NCBI RefSeq assembly: GCF_000150275.1
Contig: NW_002060948.1
Coordinates: forward strand, 2,044,918 to 2,108,917
Direction of reading: 5' to 3'
DNA length: 64,000 nucleotides
From: Trichoplax adhaerens
Taxonomy: Eukaryota; Animalia; Placozoa
Shown: positions 28,260 through 46,036 of the stretch, piece after piece
How positions within the stretch are numbered: the stretch's first letter is position 1
How the letters are laid out: each line of letters begins with the position of its first letter
Program-made: the position numbers and the translations under genes
The notes under the pieces: generated by a model
Seen by the model: the letters and a program-made list of their open reading frames with translations, nothing else
The model's database searches: none
Told to the model about the DNA's origin: nothing

Positions 28260-29131
28260 TTAAAGTTCGGTAGTAAAGGAGCGAAAAACTTCTAATGCTT
28301 CCTTTAGTACTTTCCTATATGTAAGCAAAGAGAAAATATGGGTATTAGCGATTTAATTTCCGGGACTTTCAGTTCGGCATAACAAAGTATATCCATATTC
28401 TTTATATACTGTGCAGTCATAACGCAACATTAAGTAATTATTGGCTAATGTCGCTACAAACGGTATCATAAAAGTAATATACTTGATACGGCAATATTGA
28501 GGACTACAGTAAATTAATCTTAACATGTAGTCAATCTGATTAGGCTGCTCACTACTCCATTGGATAAATGGCCATGCGTGGATGACAGTAATTCAGTCAT
28601 GACAATTGAAATTTTTCCAGATGTAAACTAATATTCTATACCTTCTTTCCTTCATCATATGATTACTGCTGTCCAATTCAGCATTTAAATCATCTATTTT
28701 CCTATCAATGGCTGCAACTGACTTTAACTTTTGCCTAAATTCTTCAAATTTGCCAAATAAATCGGTGACCTACGTTGGAGAGGATAGGTAAGGATGGTTG
28801 ACATTATTGAAATCGCTGTTGCGTCGTAGTTATCGTCACGAACAAGCAAACTTGATTTTAATTACATTGATTTGGCACGAAACTATTATCATTCTATTCT
28901 GCATTATCCTATCTACCATAAGTCTGCTACTGTATCATAAAATGCTATACTGTACATTATATATTGTATTAATATTTTAAAAAAGTTGTTTGTGTTTCAA
29001 AAGGAGACCTTTTTCTTGATCTCGTCAGTATCTTCACCATTTTCAATGGCTTTATAAATGCTGCAGATATCTTTAAAATATTGGAATTTATCTTCCGATA
29101 GCATTTCCACTTTGTTTATACTGGCCATCAT
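28260..29131 (-). CDS. MED9: Mediator subunit 9-like protein (~101 aa); exons 29131-29009, 28769-28642, 28314-28260
   Basis: Three exons with GT-AG borders join in frame: MMASINKVEMLSEDKFQYFKDICSIYKAIENGEDTDEIKKKVTDLFGKFEEFRQKLKSVAAIDRKIDDLNAELDSSNHMMKERRKVLKEALEVFRSFTTEL. Size and helical pattern resemble the Med9 domain as I recall it. Confidence 0.62.
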
Positions 29132-29269
29132 TTTGAACTTGGAAGTAGTTAATAATTATTTATTTCTATGCATGTTATGGAGGCCAAAAAGAGGAGAATG
29201 GAGAGAGCTTGAGAATGTTTTTAGTTGAGGGAATTTGCAATCGGTTGCCGGTCTACATACAGTAAGGCT

Positions 29270-29500
29270 AGTAAAAAGGCTTGCAGAGCTGTACTATACG
29301 TTCAGTACTGTACCGTTACACAGTACAGTATTGAACTATTTGGCCAACTACAGTACTTTATATTGTAGACTACAATCACTGCACTGTACTAGGTCCCGGT
29401 CCGGTCTAGTCCCGTTAACTGTACTGTACTTTACAGTGTACAGTGTACAGTATACTGAATACTTTACCGTAGAGTGCAGTGTAAAGTACTGTACTAACCG
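29270..29500. promoter_or_regulatory. ACTGTACAGT-type motif cluster upstream of the MED9-like gene
   Basis: Dense CAGTAC/ACTGTA/TGTACA repeats plus CpG-rich GTCCCGGTCCGG, 150-370 bp upstream of the ATG. Confidence 0.5.
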
Positions 29501-29938
29501 GATCGGTTTTCTTGAAGGTTTAATCATAACTGTGGAACACTGATGCATGGACTTTTTAGTTCTATATACATTATATATATCCACGTACAGATGGAGAAGT
29601 CTCTGACTGTTGCATCATTCTATTGCGAAATTGAAGAGTTGAATGTGCCATCTCTAAAGCAATATTGATGCTAATTGAGCAAATAAGAAGAAGAAGCGAT
29701 ATAGTATCGCTGAGCCAGCACTACTGTACTAGTTTGAAAAGTGTAGTTTGTGGTCAAAACAGAGATGACCGACAGTACGCTGTGAAGTTGAAACAAAAAT
29801 AACTTAGCAGCAATGCAATGCTGTACTTGAGGGCTTACGGCAGCCTTTCGAAATACGGAATGGTATAATATTGCAATTTTAATGGCCATTACTGGAATAT
29901 TTTTTGGCGAAAGTGACTATGTCAATACAGTATATACT

Positions 29939-30078
29939 GTACAAGTAACATCAATACTATATGCATTAAATGTGTACAAGTAACATCAATACTATATGCA
30001 TTAAATGGGTACAAGTAAAATCAATACTATATGCATTAAATCGGTACATGGAACATCAATATTATGCGCATTAAATGG
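29939..30078. repeat. 35-bp minisatellite, 4 copies
   Basis: GTACAAGTAACATCAATACTATATGCATTAAATG.. units at about 29939, 29974, 30009 and 30044 (last copy degenerate). Confidence 0.9.
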
Positions 30079-30109
30079 CTTCTAAATGCTAGTAAACAGT
30101 AAAGAGAAA

Positions 30110-30260
30110 AATAATACTGTACAGTACTTCAGTAGAGTAGAGTAGAGTACAGTACAGTGTACTGTACATACAGTACATTATAGTCTTGTGTACAGTGCAT
30201 TGTACTGTACCTAATTTGTACAGTACAGTACTGTACTGTACAGTATAAATAGACGGTACT
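30110..30260. promoter_or_regulatory. ACTGTACAGT-type motif cluster upstream of GTPBP2
   Basis: Two perfect TACTGTACAGTA copies (30115, 30234) and many partial ones, 120-260 bp before the ATG. Confidence 0.5.
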
Positions 30261-30374
30261 AGTGATTGTGGGAATATTCCCATATTATTTTTACACCTTC
30301 ATTCAATGTTGGAAATCATTTCTTCATTTGAACTCGTATATCATTAAAGTAATCAAGTTGACTAAATTAATTCT

Positions 30375-33300
30375 ATGGAACTGAAGAACTTGGAGATAAC
30401 CTCTTCACCTACCGCTGACTTGCCACCTGAGGTAAGATAGTAGCTATTACCCGAAAGGATAGATTATTTTACCGCAGATTAAACAATACAATTACACTGA
30501 AATTCGGCATTGATTGACAACAAAATAAAGCAGTTGTTGTCCAATTCCAATTTTACTTAGCATAGAAAATACACTATCTACCTAATATTGGATAAGCTAT
30601 CATTGTAGGGGAGTAGTATCGGTTAGATATATTAATAATCTCCCTCTATTTTATTCCATTTTACAATAATACGCAGTCATTCGCCTATCAGCTCATTCAA
30701 TCGATCGCGTAAATAAATTACTACCTTACACTGCACAGTCGACAGTACAATAGATGGATGGGCAAGGAACTAAAATGATGCAATATTATCATCATTATCG
30801 CACATCCAATGATTCTTCTACAAAAAAAATTCCTGTATGCGATACTTTAAGACATCGACTACCGTTAGAAAGTCCGATAGAGATCACAGTTAGGTTATCA
30901 AAACAGTTTATACATGTCCATTTTTCCATCAACCCAAGTGATTGACTGTAGGAATCAAGATAATACTTATTGTATACAGCACGGGGATTTAGCAACAGTG
31001 GTATGCAACCATTGAGCAACGTTTTATGCATGAATAATGACTTGATTATAATTTGTAATTGATGGCTTCGGAAAGTATATCAATAGTGTACAGTTAGACC
31101 ATGATGATGGAAAGTATATATAATCGTATAGTCATATACTTGTATATATATACGAGTATATGAAGGAATAGTACACAATAGAAATAATCAAATGTTAATA
31201 AATAAGTAAAAACCCAAGCATAACGAAATGGCTTAACCTAACCTGTGGACCAACATTTTTACCTCTCAATTATTAACCAGCCTTTACTAAATTCATTCTA
31301 CAGATAGAAGAAGGAAATGTTGAATATAAGGTTAGTGATGAAATGGACATCTTTATTATAATTTATTTTACTATTCAATATAATGTTGAATATGAAAGGC
31401 CAGCAACAACAGTTAGATACTGGTTGATGTTCAGTTTTTATCACTTATTGATGATTCTTTTAGTAAGTCAGAACATGTAGTCCGATTATTTATCACTGTC
31501 TCTTTCGTCTTGTTAATGATTTTTAATTTTGTAATTTTACTATTCCATATAATAATATTTATAATGAAAGGACGACAATAACAGCTGTACACATGGTTGT
31601 TTGTCAGTTTTTGTCACTTATAGATGATTCTTTAGTGAATCATTATACGTAATTTATTTATTTGTCAATATTCCTTTCTTGTCATTCGTGATCACTAATA
31701 CGTGCTTATACAGTATGAATATATGGATAAGCAGTGAGTCTATCAAAAATACAACAACGATAGTTTGATATCCATATAGTAATATAGGTTGTACTGTAGT
31801 ATTCATTGATAGGATTGGGCTACAGAATGATTCAATACTTACACACGTAATAGTTAACCTGTTCACAATAATACTAAGCCTTTCAAATATTAGAGTGCTA
31901 CAGTTTTCCGCATGAATTACGGTGATAGACTTTCACCTGATTCTTTATTGATATATTACTTTAAAATTATCTCTCTATATACTAGTAAGATTGGTGATCT
32001 AATGAAGAGTAATCTAAATAATATATCATTGCAACGATTGAGTATAAATATATTACTAAGATACCTGAAAGCAGACTTTGGGAAAAACGCAGTTATTCGC
32101 TGGATATAACAATATACGTAGTGTAGCGAGTAGCGTATTTTACTATGATACCATCTTTTGCGTGTTGATTCTTAAGAGTAGCTCACCACACTGTTGACCT
32201 ACTGAAATCGTTATCTCCGTATCATGTAGCTCAAACTCATTGACGTTAGTTCGGAAAGATTTGAACAATTAGTCACACAAATGAAGTGGAGGTTGGAAGA
32301 AGGCTATGGTGAAGCAATTTATAAAGTCGGTGTAAGCAACGGAGGATGCTTGATTGGGTTGCAAGAAAAAGACCTTGAGAGATCTCTCTGTACACTAAAA
32401 TCTATGGCGTCAAGGTATGCAGTTCAACTTGCGCGATAATGTTTTGCATTGGTGTATCCTATAACAAATTTGTTTTCTGTAGCATTCGTACTTTTGAAAA
32501 GGAGCTACAAAATCTACCTTAATACAATCCAACTTTCTTAGTACTGTACAGTATATATCTTGTGTAATTATCAGATTCTCATGTATATTCTTTATGTTAA
32601 AATAGCTTGGATGCAGATTTAACTATATTGCGCTATTACGCCGCGCGAAATCAGGCTCAGGATTCATCTAAAAGAGTAGCTGAAGTTCTGGTTAGGAGAG
32701 TTTCAGGAAAGAAAGAGGTTATTTGATACGTAGTAAACGCTCGTAGGAATACTGTTCTCCGGTCTATTAATTTAGAGAAAAAATTATAATCGATTATATT
32801 GTACAACTTGTTCATCTACGACATTCTTCCTAAATTTATTTTGTTACTCAGTTATTACATTTGAAGATAGCGGTTCTGGGAGACTGTGGCGTCGGTAAGA
32901 GCACTTTATTGGGTGTACTGACAACAAACGAGCTTGATAATGGTCAAGGAAAGGCTAGATTAAACTTATTTAAACATTTACATGAGATTGAGAGTGGTTT
33001 AACTTCCAGTGTTAGTCATGAAGTTCTTGGCTTTGACAGTAAAGGAAATGTGAGATATGCACATACACATATTGTATACATAAATATATTAACTAATAAA
33101 TATCCTTAATCATTTGCATTATTGCTATACCTCTTGAAACAGTTAGATATTACAACGGAATTGTATTTGTCTAGGTAATGAACTATAGTGATTCAAGGAC
33201 TGCCGAGGATATAATGCTAATTTCTTCAAAACTTCTTACCTTGATTGACCTTGCCGGCCATCAAAAATACTTTAAAACAACCATTCTGGGACTTGTTGGT

Positions 33301-35139
33301 CATGCACCACATTGTTTTATGTTTGTTGTAAACGCTAGAACTGGTTTAGGTATGTTTTCTTGATATAAATAGATATTTTGTTAATGATATTGCAATATAA
33401 CCGTGATTAGTATATACCTTATCGTTTTACTTATAATTTTTCAAATACTCATATCTATATGAATCCAATGGTAGGATCTGAAACTGCTAAAATACAGTTA
33501 CGATTAGCTGCTGCGTTAAAGATTCCTCTATTTGTAGTCATAAATAAAATTGATGCTTGTTCTGCGAAAATCTTACATCAAACCACGGATCAAGTGAATC
33601 AGTCTTTACAGGCAATATGTGATCACCGATCATATTTAATTACCAATTCAGGAGAAGTCATTATTGCAGCATCGAATTTTTCTAATAATAGCAGGTATTT
33701 GGTAGCACAACATATTGTCTTTAAATGTTATCATTCTGGTTATTGGCAAATAGCTCACAGATATGTACCTATTTCTCTGTAAAGCCTGCGAAGTACTCCA
33801 GTATTTCAAGTATCTTGTACAAAGGGAAATGGCCTTGACCTCGTAAAACAATTCCTAAATTTGATACCAATGCCATGTGGCGATATACAAGTTAGATCCG
33901 AAAAAAAGAATTATATCGAATTTCAGGTTATACGCCGAAATTTTGTAACAAACTTTATACGTATCGAAGTTTTGGTCATTTTTGCACTTTAAAATTTATT
34001 TCGTACTCGGTACTGCGTGCTAAATCTATGACTAAGCATAGCGATAGTTACTCGACAGCATTTGATATTTCTTTATACCCAGAATTATTAGTATAAAGGG
34101 GCTATTTACTTACTAACAATCATTATCAACATAAGCATATATACGCGTATATATATATACGATCAAGTAGCATGCACTATAGAAATTCTGGATTGTTTTC
34201 CAGTGATTCTCGAAAGAAATTCAGAATTATAAAATGCAATCGATTAATTAAGGATACTTGGTAAATAGTACAACAACAATACATATTTGAGGATAAAATC
34301 GATATTTTCACTTTTATCTATAGGTAAATGAAATATACTATGTGCCAAATGTTGGTGTAGTCGTTGGCGGACTTTTGAGTCGGTAATCTTAATCATTAAC
34401 TTAGTATAGAGATGTATGAGCCTATGATCACATTAAGTAAAAAACTTTGGTAATAACAATGTTTGTATTACAGCGGAACCATACACGAAAACAATTGCCT
34501 TTGGTTAGGTCCATGTGAAAACGGTGATTTCGACTATGTTAAAATTTGTAGTATACATCGAAATAGATTACCATGTCAAAAAGTACAAGCTGGCCAAATG
34601 GCCTCGCTGGCTATTAATAATGTAAATAAAGAAAAGTTACGCAAGGTAGTCACTATATGGATGATGACGAATCATATTCGTATTGCTATTTATTTACTGA
34701 TATGTGTCATCGATCACCGGTTAGGGCATGGTTTTGATAGATCAAAACTCGACACAACCTTGTTCATGTCAGACGTTCGAAGCCAGCGTAACTTGGCTAT
34801 CATCAGAAAAAGTTGTAAATAAAGGCTCACAAGTTTGTGTATTCATTAGAAACATCCGACAAAGTGCTGTCGTGGAAAGGGTTCGTTGATACCCAATTTT
34901 TGTTAAATTTTAAATCAATAAAGTTGGTTAATTTTGTCAGATAGGGTACATTAACACTGTGCATTATTTCTAAATTTCAGATCACGATGGAAGGTGATGA
35001 CGTCCGAATTCGGTTCCGTCTGAAAAAACAACCCGAGTACATTATAGAAGGCAATCGTATTATATTTCGCCAGGGAGACATAATAGGCCTAGGAATCGTT
35101 AAGAGCATAGTACCTCTTCCAGCAAGCGCAATCACATAA
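30375..35139 (+). CDS. GTPBP2: GTP-binding protein 2 (translational GTPase of the GTPBP1/2 family), multi-exon with a 27-nt microexon at 31304-31330
   Basis: [16 protein letters not shown]...[18 protein letters not shown]; [43 protein letters not shown]; C-terminal EF-Tu-like beta-barrel exons join in frame to TAA at 35139. Confidence 0.93.
31390..31640. repeat. Diverged ~170-bp period duplication in GTPBP2 intron 2
   Basis: ATGAAAGG...AACAG...TGGTTG...TCAGTTTTT.TCACTTAT.GATGATTCTTT occurs at ~31391 and ~31564. Confidence 0.7.
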
Positions 35140-36389
35140 AATTAGAAATCAACCACGAGTTTTACTGTTGTAAATTATATCCTGAACGTATCATAAATGG
35201 GCGAATCAGTCCTGAAATATACATGTACATTATGGCAGGTCCTCTGAATACTGTATTGTCACTGCTATAGTGCTATTGCACGCTCACATCGTTACAGCTA
35301 AAATTAGAACAAGAAAAGATTAATTCTAGTCTTTAACTGAAATTTTGATGTCTATATACTGTGCTAGTGTTAAGATTTTATCTCGAAAATGTATATCATT
35401 GTCAAACTTACAGTATCTTTGAATATACTGTATTTATACGACAATACGTGTAGTATTCGAAGAGATTTTTAACGATATGTATACTATATAGTATGTAGTG
35501 TCGGACGTTATAAATGTCCTACTGTATATCGAATAAATTATTCTATTTACAGTAATATCGAATAACCTCATCCACTACGTCAACTGGCGATTTTGTACAC
35601 TCCAGAAATTATAATTACCAATTATATAATTATGAAATATTATAGGTGATATTATTCCCGAAAATTAATTTTTGACTTAGACTCTACCAAAATGACTATA
35701 CTGTAGAGTACTACTGCTGTTGATCGATCACTGGGAGTAGGATTATTTTGCCATTCTGTCCTATAGCTGCTGCCGAACAGTTTAACCCTTTTCTTTTCAA
35801 AGCTACGGCGTATCATTGGCATATTCGAACATGCTTATCTTTCAATCTGGTAGAGTTTAGTATTATGTGACCGTAGAAGACCGTTGCATCGACGCGTGGC
35901 AGACCTTGGCAAGGGCTACATTGTACTTTTTTAATTAAGCCTTTATTGAAACATTAATGGCGATTTATGAGTTACAGGTAAACTGCTATACTGTATCATT
36001 CCTAAGATTGCTACGATCGTTACAATAGCGACCTGAATAACGGATTCACTTAGAGTATGTATTAGCCGCTTGCATAGGATAGCAATTAATTAATTATTAA
36101 TGGTGAGGTATAGATGAGTCAACTTTTTCAAACTGAGAAAGAAATGACCAATCAATTATCATTAGATCTTATTACCATCACATTACAATTATGAAAAATT
36201 TCATGGTGACCAATCTGATTCGATTTTTATACTTGATACCATCAGATTGTCCAAATTCTCAGCTGTGATCAATAGTGATCACCTTTCATTTCCTTTTTTT
36301 ACACCTCGTCAAGGTTGCACCTCTCTACAGGCCCTGCTAATATTATCAATAACTTTATTGTTAAAAAAGTCATTTCGTAAGTTTTAGCG

Positions 36390-36430
36390 TTTGATTGGCT
36401 AGTTCTCTGTTTCGTGGGCGGGGCGAGCTC
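36390..36430. promoter_or_regulatory. CCAAT box plus GC box
   Basis: TGATTGGCT (reverse CCAAT) followed about 20 bp later by TGGGCGGGGC in otherwise AT-rich DNA. Confidence 0.4.
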
Positions 36431-37450
36431 TTTACACTCGAACCGATTGAAAGCAACTCAGGCTTCTAGTTTTTAAGGATTTCCTTTTCAATTTGGATAA
36501 AATTTCACGTAAATCGATACATACAATCTTGAGCAATCGGCTACTTGATGTATTTTATTAATTAATTTTTACTGCCGCATTGAGTTTATTTCATCCTCTA
36601 TGAAATTTAGAATACAAATCACCAGTCACTGGTAAATGGGCGAGCATTTCATTTGGTATACAGTACTGAAGTCACGCGCATCTATTTCACCTTGAGTGAT
36701 AATACTGTACAGTATACAGTACTGTATAATTAGTTAATTCATGGCACTAGTAAATTTATTCAGGCTATGTTATAGGAAATAAATAAAAATTAGATAGATC
36801 ATCGATGGGTAGAACTATGCTCTGAAAGCTATGGCCAAAGAAATATGATATGATTGGCCTTAAGTTAGACTCCAAAGAAATGTCAAAATTCATTACATAG
36901 TCGTGAATTTTCTCTCCAAAGTACCTGACATAGTTAACACGTGTTCACTTCGTTTAAGGCTTCACACTTAGTGCAGTATTTTGATGGTAAAATTTGCATA
37001 TACTCGTACGATGAAAGCTGTCGAAAATCAATATGTTTCATTGAGTTTTGATTACTTATTATTTCGTCATTATAGTGCTGTACCTGTACTACAGTATGCA
37101 TTAATAAATGTAATATGCTGTACAACGTACAGCGCGGTGGTTCTTAAAAATAAAAGAAAATAAGTACACTATGATCCTGCCCAGTGTTTTAACTTGTGCT
37201 TTTGGCTGCACATTACTATACGTACTATAATTTATTTATTAATTAATTTACTCATGGTCACGTTCGCACTTGAGTATCTAATACAGTCTATATTGTATGA
37301 TGTAAATTGCTTTGATGTAGTCTTGATAATCACACAGTTAATTATACTGTACAATTTCCGGAGGTAATGCTATTGTAAATTGTAGAAACGTGTACAACAC
37401 TGCAAGTGCATTAATAAAGCATAATTAATCGATGGCACCGATGCCTAAGG

Positions 37451-37530
37451 GACCCTCGAGGGTCACGACGTCATGACCTCCAGGTTTCGCCTTTTCGACA
37501 ATATCAGGCGATCGGTCTACGTGACGCAAT
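37451..37530. promoter_or_regulatory. Palindromic CLEAR/CRE-like element cluster upstream of CREG
   Basis: Perfect palindrome GACCCTCGAGGGTC overlaps near-palindrome GGTCACGACGTCATGACC; TACGTGAC at ~37518. Confidence 0.45.
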
Positions 37531-37704
37531 CCTCCACATTTTTGTGCAGTGAAATAGGACTTGTGAATTTCCTCTTTGGCAGGATTAGCCCGCTAACATA
37601 GATTTTTCTGGAATCTCTGTGGTTTGTTAGCTATAAACTTCGCGAACTTGTTCTCTGATTTATAACTGATCGCTGCTTCACTAATACGCCTAACTATATC
37701 AAAG

Positions 37705-38295
37705 ATGAAGCTTCTATGCATAATTTTTATCGTACAATGTACTATCTTCTTGGCAAGTATTGTCGGCAAGAGCAGTTTGCAGCCGCCTCCATTTATGCAA
37801 AAAGTGGCAATGGCAAGATATGTCGTACACCAAACCAACTGGTCTGTCATATCAACTATATCGAAACCGTTTGATGGCATACCTTTTGGAAATGTGGAAT
37901 CATTTAGTGATGGACCTATCGGTAACAGCAGTGGTATTCCTTACTTTTATCTCTCACCTTTCGATTTTGCTTTAAAGGATATCGTCCAGCATCCACAGGT
38001 CACTGCAACCATGACCTTAAGCCAAACTGGTTACTGCTTCAGTAAGCACTATGATCCAGAAGATCCTCGATGCGCTCGCGTAACTGTTATGGGTAATTTA
38101 GTAAAGGTCACCAAAGCTAAGGAATTGCAATTTAGTCAGCATGCTTTGTTCAGTCGTCATCCTGCAATGAAGTCTTGGCCTAAAGGTCATCATTTTGCTA
38201 TTTATAAAATTAATATTACAGCGGTAGTTGCCCTAGACTTTTTTGGAGGTGCAGATATAATCCCTGCTGCCACCTATTTTGCAGCCAAACCGTAA
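37705..38295 (+). CDS. CREG1: CREG (cellular repressor of E1A-stimulated genes) lysosomal/secreted glycoprotein, single coding exon
   Basis: Signal peptide; ARYVVH..W; PFGNVESFSDGP; GIPYFYLS; DPEDPRCAR; LFSRHPAMKSWP; LDFFGG. Confidence 0.95.
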   Translation: MKLLCIIFIVQCTIFLASIVGKSSLQPPPFMQKVAMARYVVHQTNWSVISTISKPFDGIPFGNVESFSDGPIGNSSGIPYFYLSPFDFALKDIVQHPQVTATMTLSQTGYCFSKHYDPEDPRCARVTVMGNLVKVTKAKELQFSQHALFSRHPAMKSWPKGHHFAIYKINITAVVALDFFGGADIIPAATYFAAKP

Positions 38296-39772
38296 AAATC
38301 AAACCATGTACGTATACTAACTTAGAGCATAAAAAGTCTTCGAAAATTTATCCTGAAGTCAAAGCTCTTACTCACATGCGTATAGTACTGATATATTGTT
38401 ATTCTTTCAATTCTTATTACTAAATGTTTTAAAATGATGTAATATACCGGAAGTTACTACTGTAGAACATCGAAATAATGTTCTCCTTAAAATTTTGTAG
38501 CATTTTAATTAATTTATTGTACGTTTGATTAAATGTGATGAACTTAATAAAGTTACCACATGACTCCTTCGGCGTATTGCTTCGCTGTTTTACCCGAATC
38601 CCTGGATAAAAGTCACGTCGTATATACGAGTATTCGTATTTCTGTTGGTATTCTGCATAATATTTCAATTAACCAGATAAACTATCTATCCAGCTAAACT
38701 GTGTGCATGTTAACCAGTTAACGTCACTAAATATATGGAACTAATGTGCATGTCGTAGTTGCGAATATTTTGAGTTACAGTACTAGTTTTCTGTCGATCA
38801 GTACGCTTGATCAAGTTAACCTAAGTGCCGTAATCACAGCCTACTTTAGCATCTCTAGCTACGAAATAAACTACATTTATAGGGATAAATCGATAAAATA
38901 ATGCCGTAAAAAGTTTTAGTTCCTTACAAACCGCTAAACGGACAAATTTGTCAGCCGTTTTAATTCTGTTATAAATCTGGACAGAATTACTATAAGGTAA
39001 TCAGTAATTTAGAATACCTTTATAGTCATTGTAAAATTCACTTTATTAGAAATTGATAACGTTATTCTTGTTATAATATTATAACTTGCTTTCACGATAC
39101 ATATACAGAAATCTAGTCATAGTTTACTCCTCCACTATAAAAAACTATAAGAATTATAATAGAAACCAAATTTAAAAAGATATGTTATGCAACAAAAATT
39201 ATAAAGTATCATCGTAACAACGTAAAATTATTAGATAATACAGGAATAGCATCTTTCATTGTATGAATTCCAAAAAACGTTGATCACACGACACTGTTTC
39301 GTATAATTATTATGATATTATCGTAGTGACTACAGTAAAAGAGTTAATAATGATATTTTATAGTTAATAATAACTTCATCGAAAACTTATATAACTATTC
39401 CACCGCAACCTGGCAATAATTTTAATTTGAAAACCAATCATCTTTTCTTAATAATTATCAGTCTTGCTGCACTAAAACGACAGCATACTGATAATAAACT
39501 TAAGGCTAAAATAAGAGCTTATTAAGTAATCCGCAATAGTTAGTCAAATGTCAATATGATGTACAAGCAAAATGGCCGTTGTATACAGAAGTTATCACCA
39601 AATCTATTATGAAATAATCATATTGCTTACAATTTTAAAGTTTGTAAAATTAACATAATTTAAAGAAACTAGATAAATGGCGTCTTACTTTAAAAATCAA
39701 AATATCCTTCATTACTGCCGATATTATACCGATGGAATAAAATGAGCAGCTCTACCAAACATATTAATAAAA

Positions 39773-44850
<5,078 letters not shown>

Positions 44851-45039
44851 TCTTTCAGTCTACTATGGAAAGTTGTATCTTTAACCTAAAAATAATTAAA
44901 ATGAAAATCTCAATGAATTATAGTCATAATAGAGTTATAATATGGATTAATGTTGTACTTGCCAGAGAAAAGTCTTCCTGTGTTTCGTGCTAGGAAACAA
45001 GAATTACGATCAACGATAGATCAACACACCTTTTGTATA

Positions 45040-45345
45040 TATACTATACACTATAGTACAGTCAGTACTGTACAATACAGTACGGTACGATATACTATAC
45101 CACAGTACTACGGTCGAGTTGGTCCCGATTTGAGGAAACTCAGTCCTGTACAGTGTACAGTGTACAGTATATCTGCAACCAGACATACTGTACTGTACTG
45201 TGTACTGTATCCAGGACAGTCATTGCGTAGTTTACAGTACAGTATTGTAGTACTGTACACTACTGTACAATGTAGTGTAGGCTTTGTACTGTACGCTATG
45301 TGCTACAGTCTACAGTACAGATAGTAGAGTACTGTACTGTGGAGC
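45040..45345. promoter_or_regulatory. ACTGTACAGT-type motif cluster upstream of PP1
   Basis: About 300 bp dominated by CAGTAC/ACTGTA/TGTACA, 200-500 bp upstream of the ATG. Confidence 0.55.
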
Positions 45346-45738
45346 GTGTAGAATTTCTTTCTAGAGAAATCGGTGCGTACTTTTATGAAGATTTTTGTAG
45401 CAAAATTCTCATAATTTTCAACGTGTAATGCTATCGATTTATAAAAAAATGAATAGAATCCATCAATTTTGGTACTTTTATTTCATTTTGAAAAATCTGA
45501 ATTAGAATTTCTACCCGCTGTACACTACTGTATAATGACTAGAAAATCATGCCTGCACAGTCCCGTACTGTATGTACTGTACACTGTAAACTGTATCATT
45601 TGATGCAGTACTGTACTGGATCAAACAACTATAGTGTGCTTCAACTTCTTTACTACACAACTATACTGTATACTGTATAGTGTATGCAGTACTGTACGCG
45701 CAACTTGATTACAGCATTCGAAATGCGGGTAGAGAACA

Positions 45739-46036
45739 GTATTAATTCGTTATTATTAATTAATTAATTCATTAATTATACTGTATACTCGTATATATCA
45801 CAGGCCAAGAAAATACTGTAGTAATTCTGTTTAACCTCAGTATACTTATCGTCTAATGACTATTTTCGATGTATTTACTTTGTATTAATTCGTTATTATA
45901 AATTAATTAATTAATTGATGAATAAATTCATTAATTATATTGGATACTCGTATATATCACAGGCCAAGAAAATACTGTAGTAATTCTGTTTAAGCTCAGT
46001 ATACTTATTGTCTAATGAATTATTTTCGATGTATTT
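45739..46036. repeat. Tandem duplication, period ~145-160 bp
   Basis: ATACTCGTATATATCACAGGCCAAGAAAATACTGTAGTAATTCTGTTTAA at ~45785 and ~45944. Confidence 0.9.

Noticed and set aside
29939-30078. CRISPR-like 35-bp repeat
   Set aside because: Units are head-to-tail with no unique spacers, there are no cas genes, and the context is eukaryotic.
33770-33782. Apparent premature stop in GTPBP2 if the acag acceptor at 33770 is used
   Set aside because: The aag acceptor at 33784 restores the conserved frame (TPVFQVSC), so this is not a pseudogene.
35850-35932. U6/U6atac-like CCTTGGCAAGG followed by T6
   Set aside because: Lacks the ACAGAGA/GGAGAGA box and the AGC triad context.
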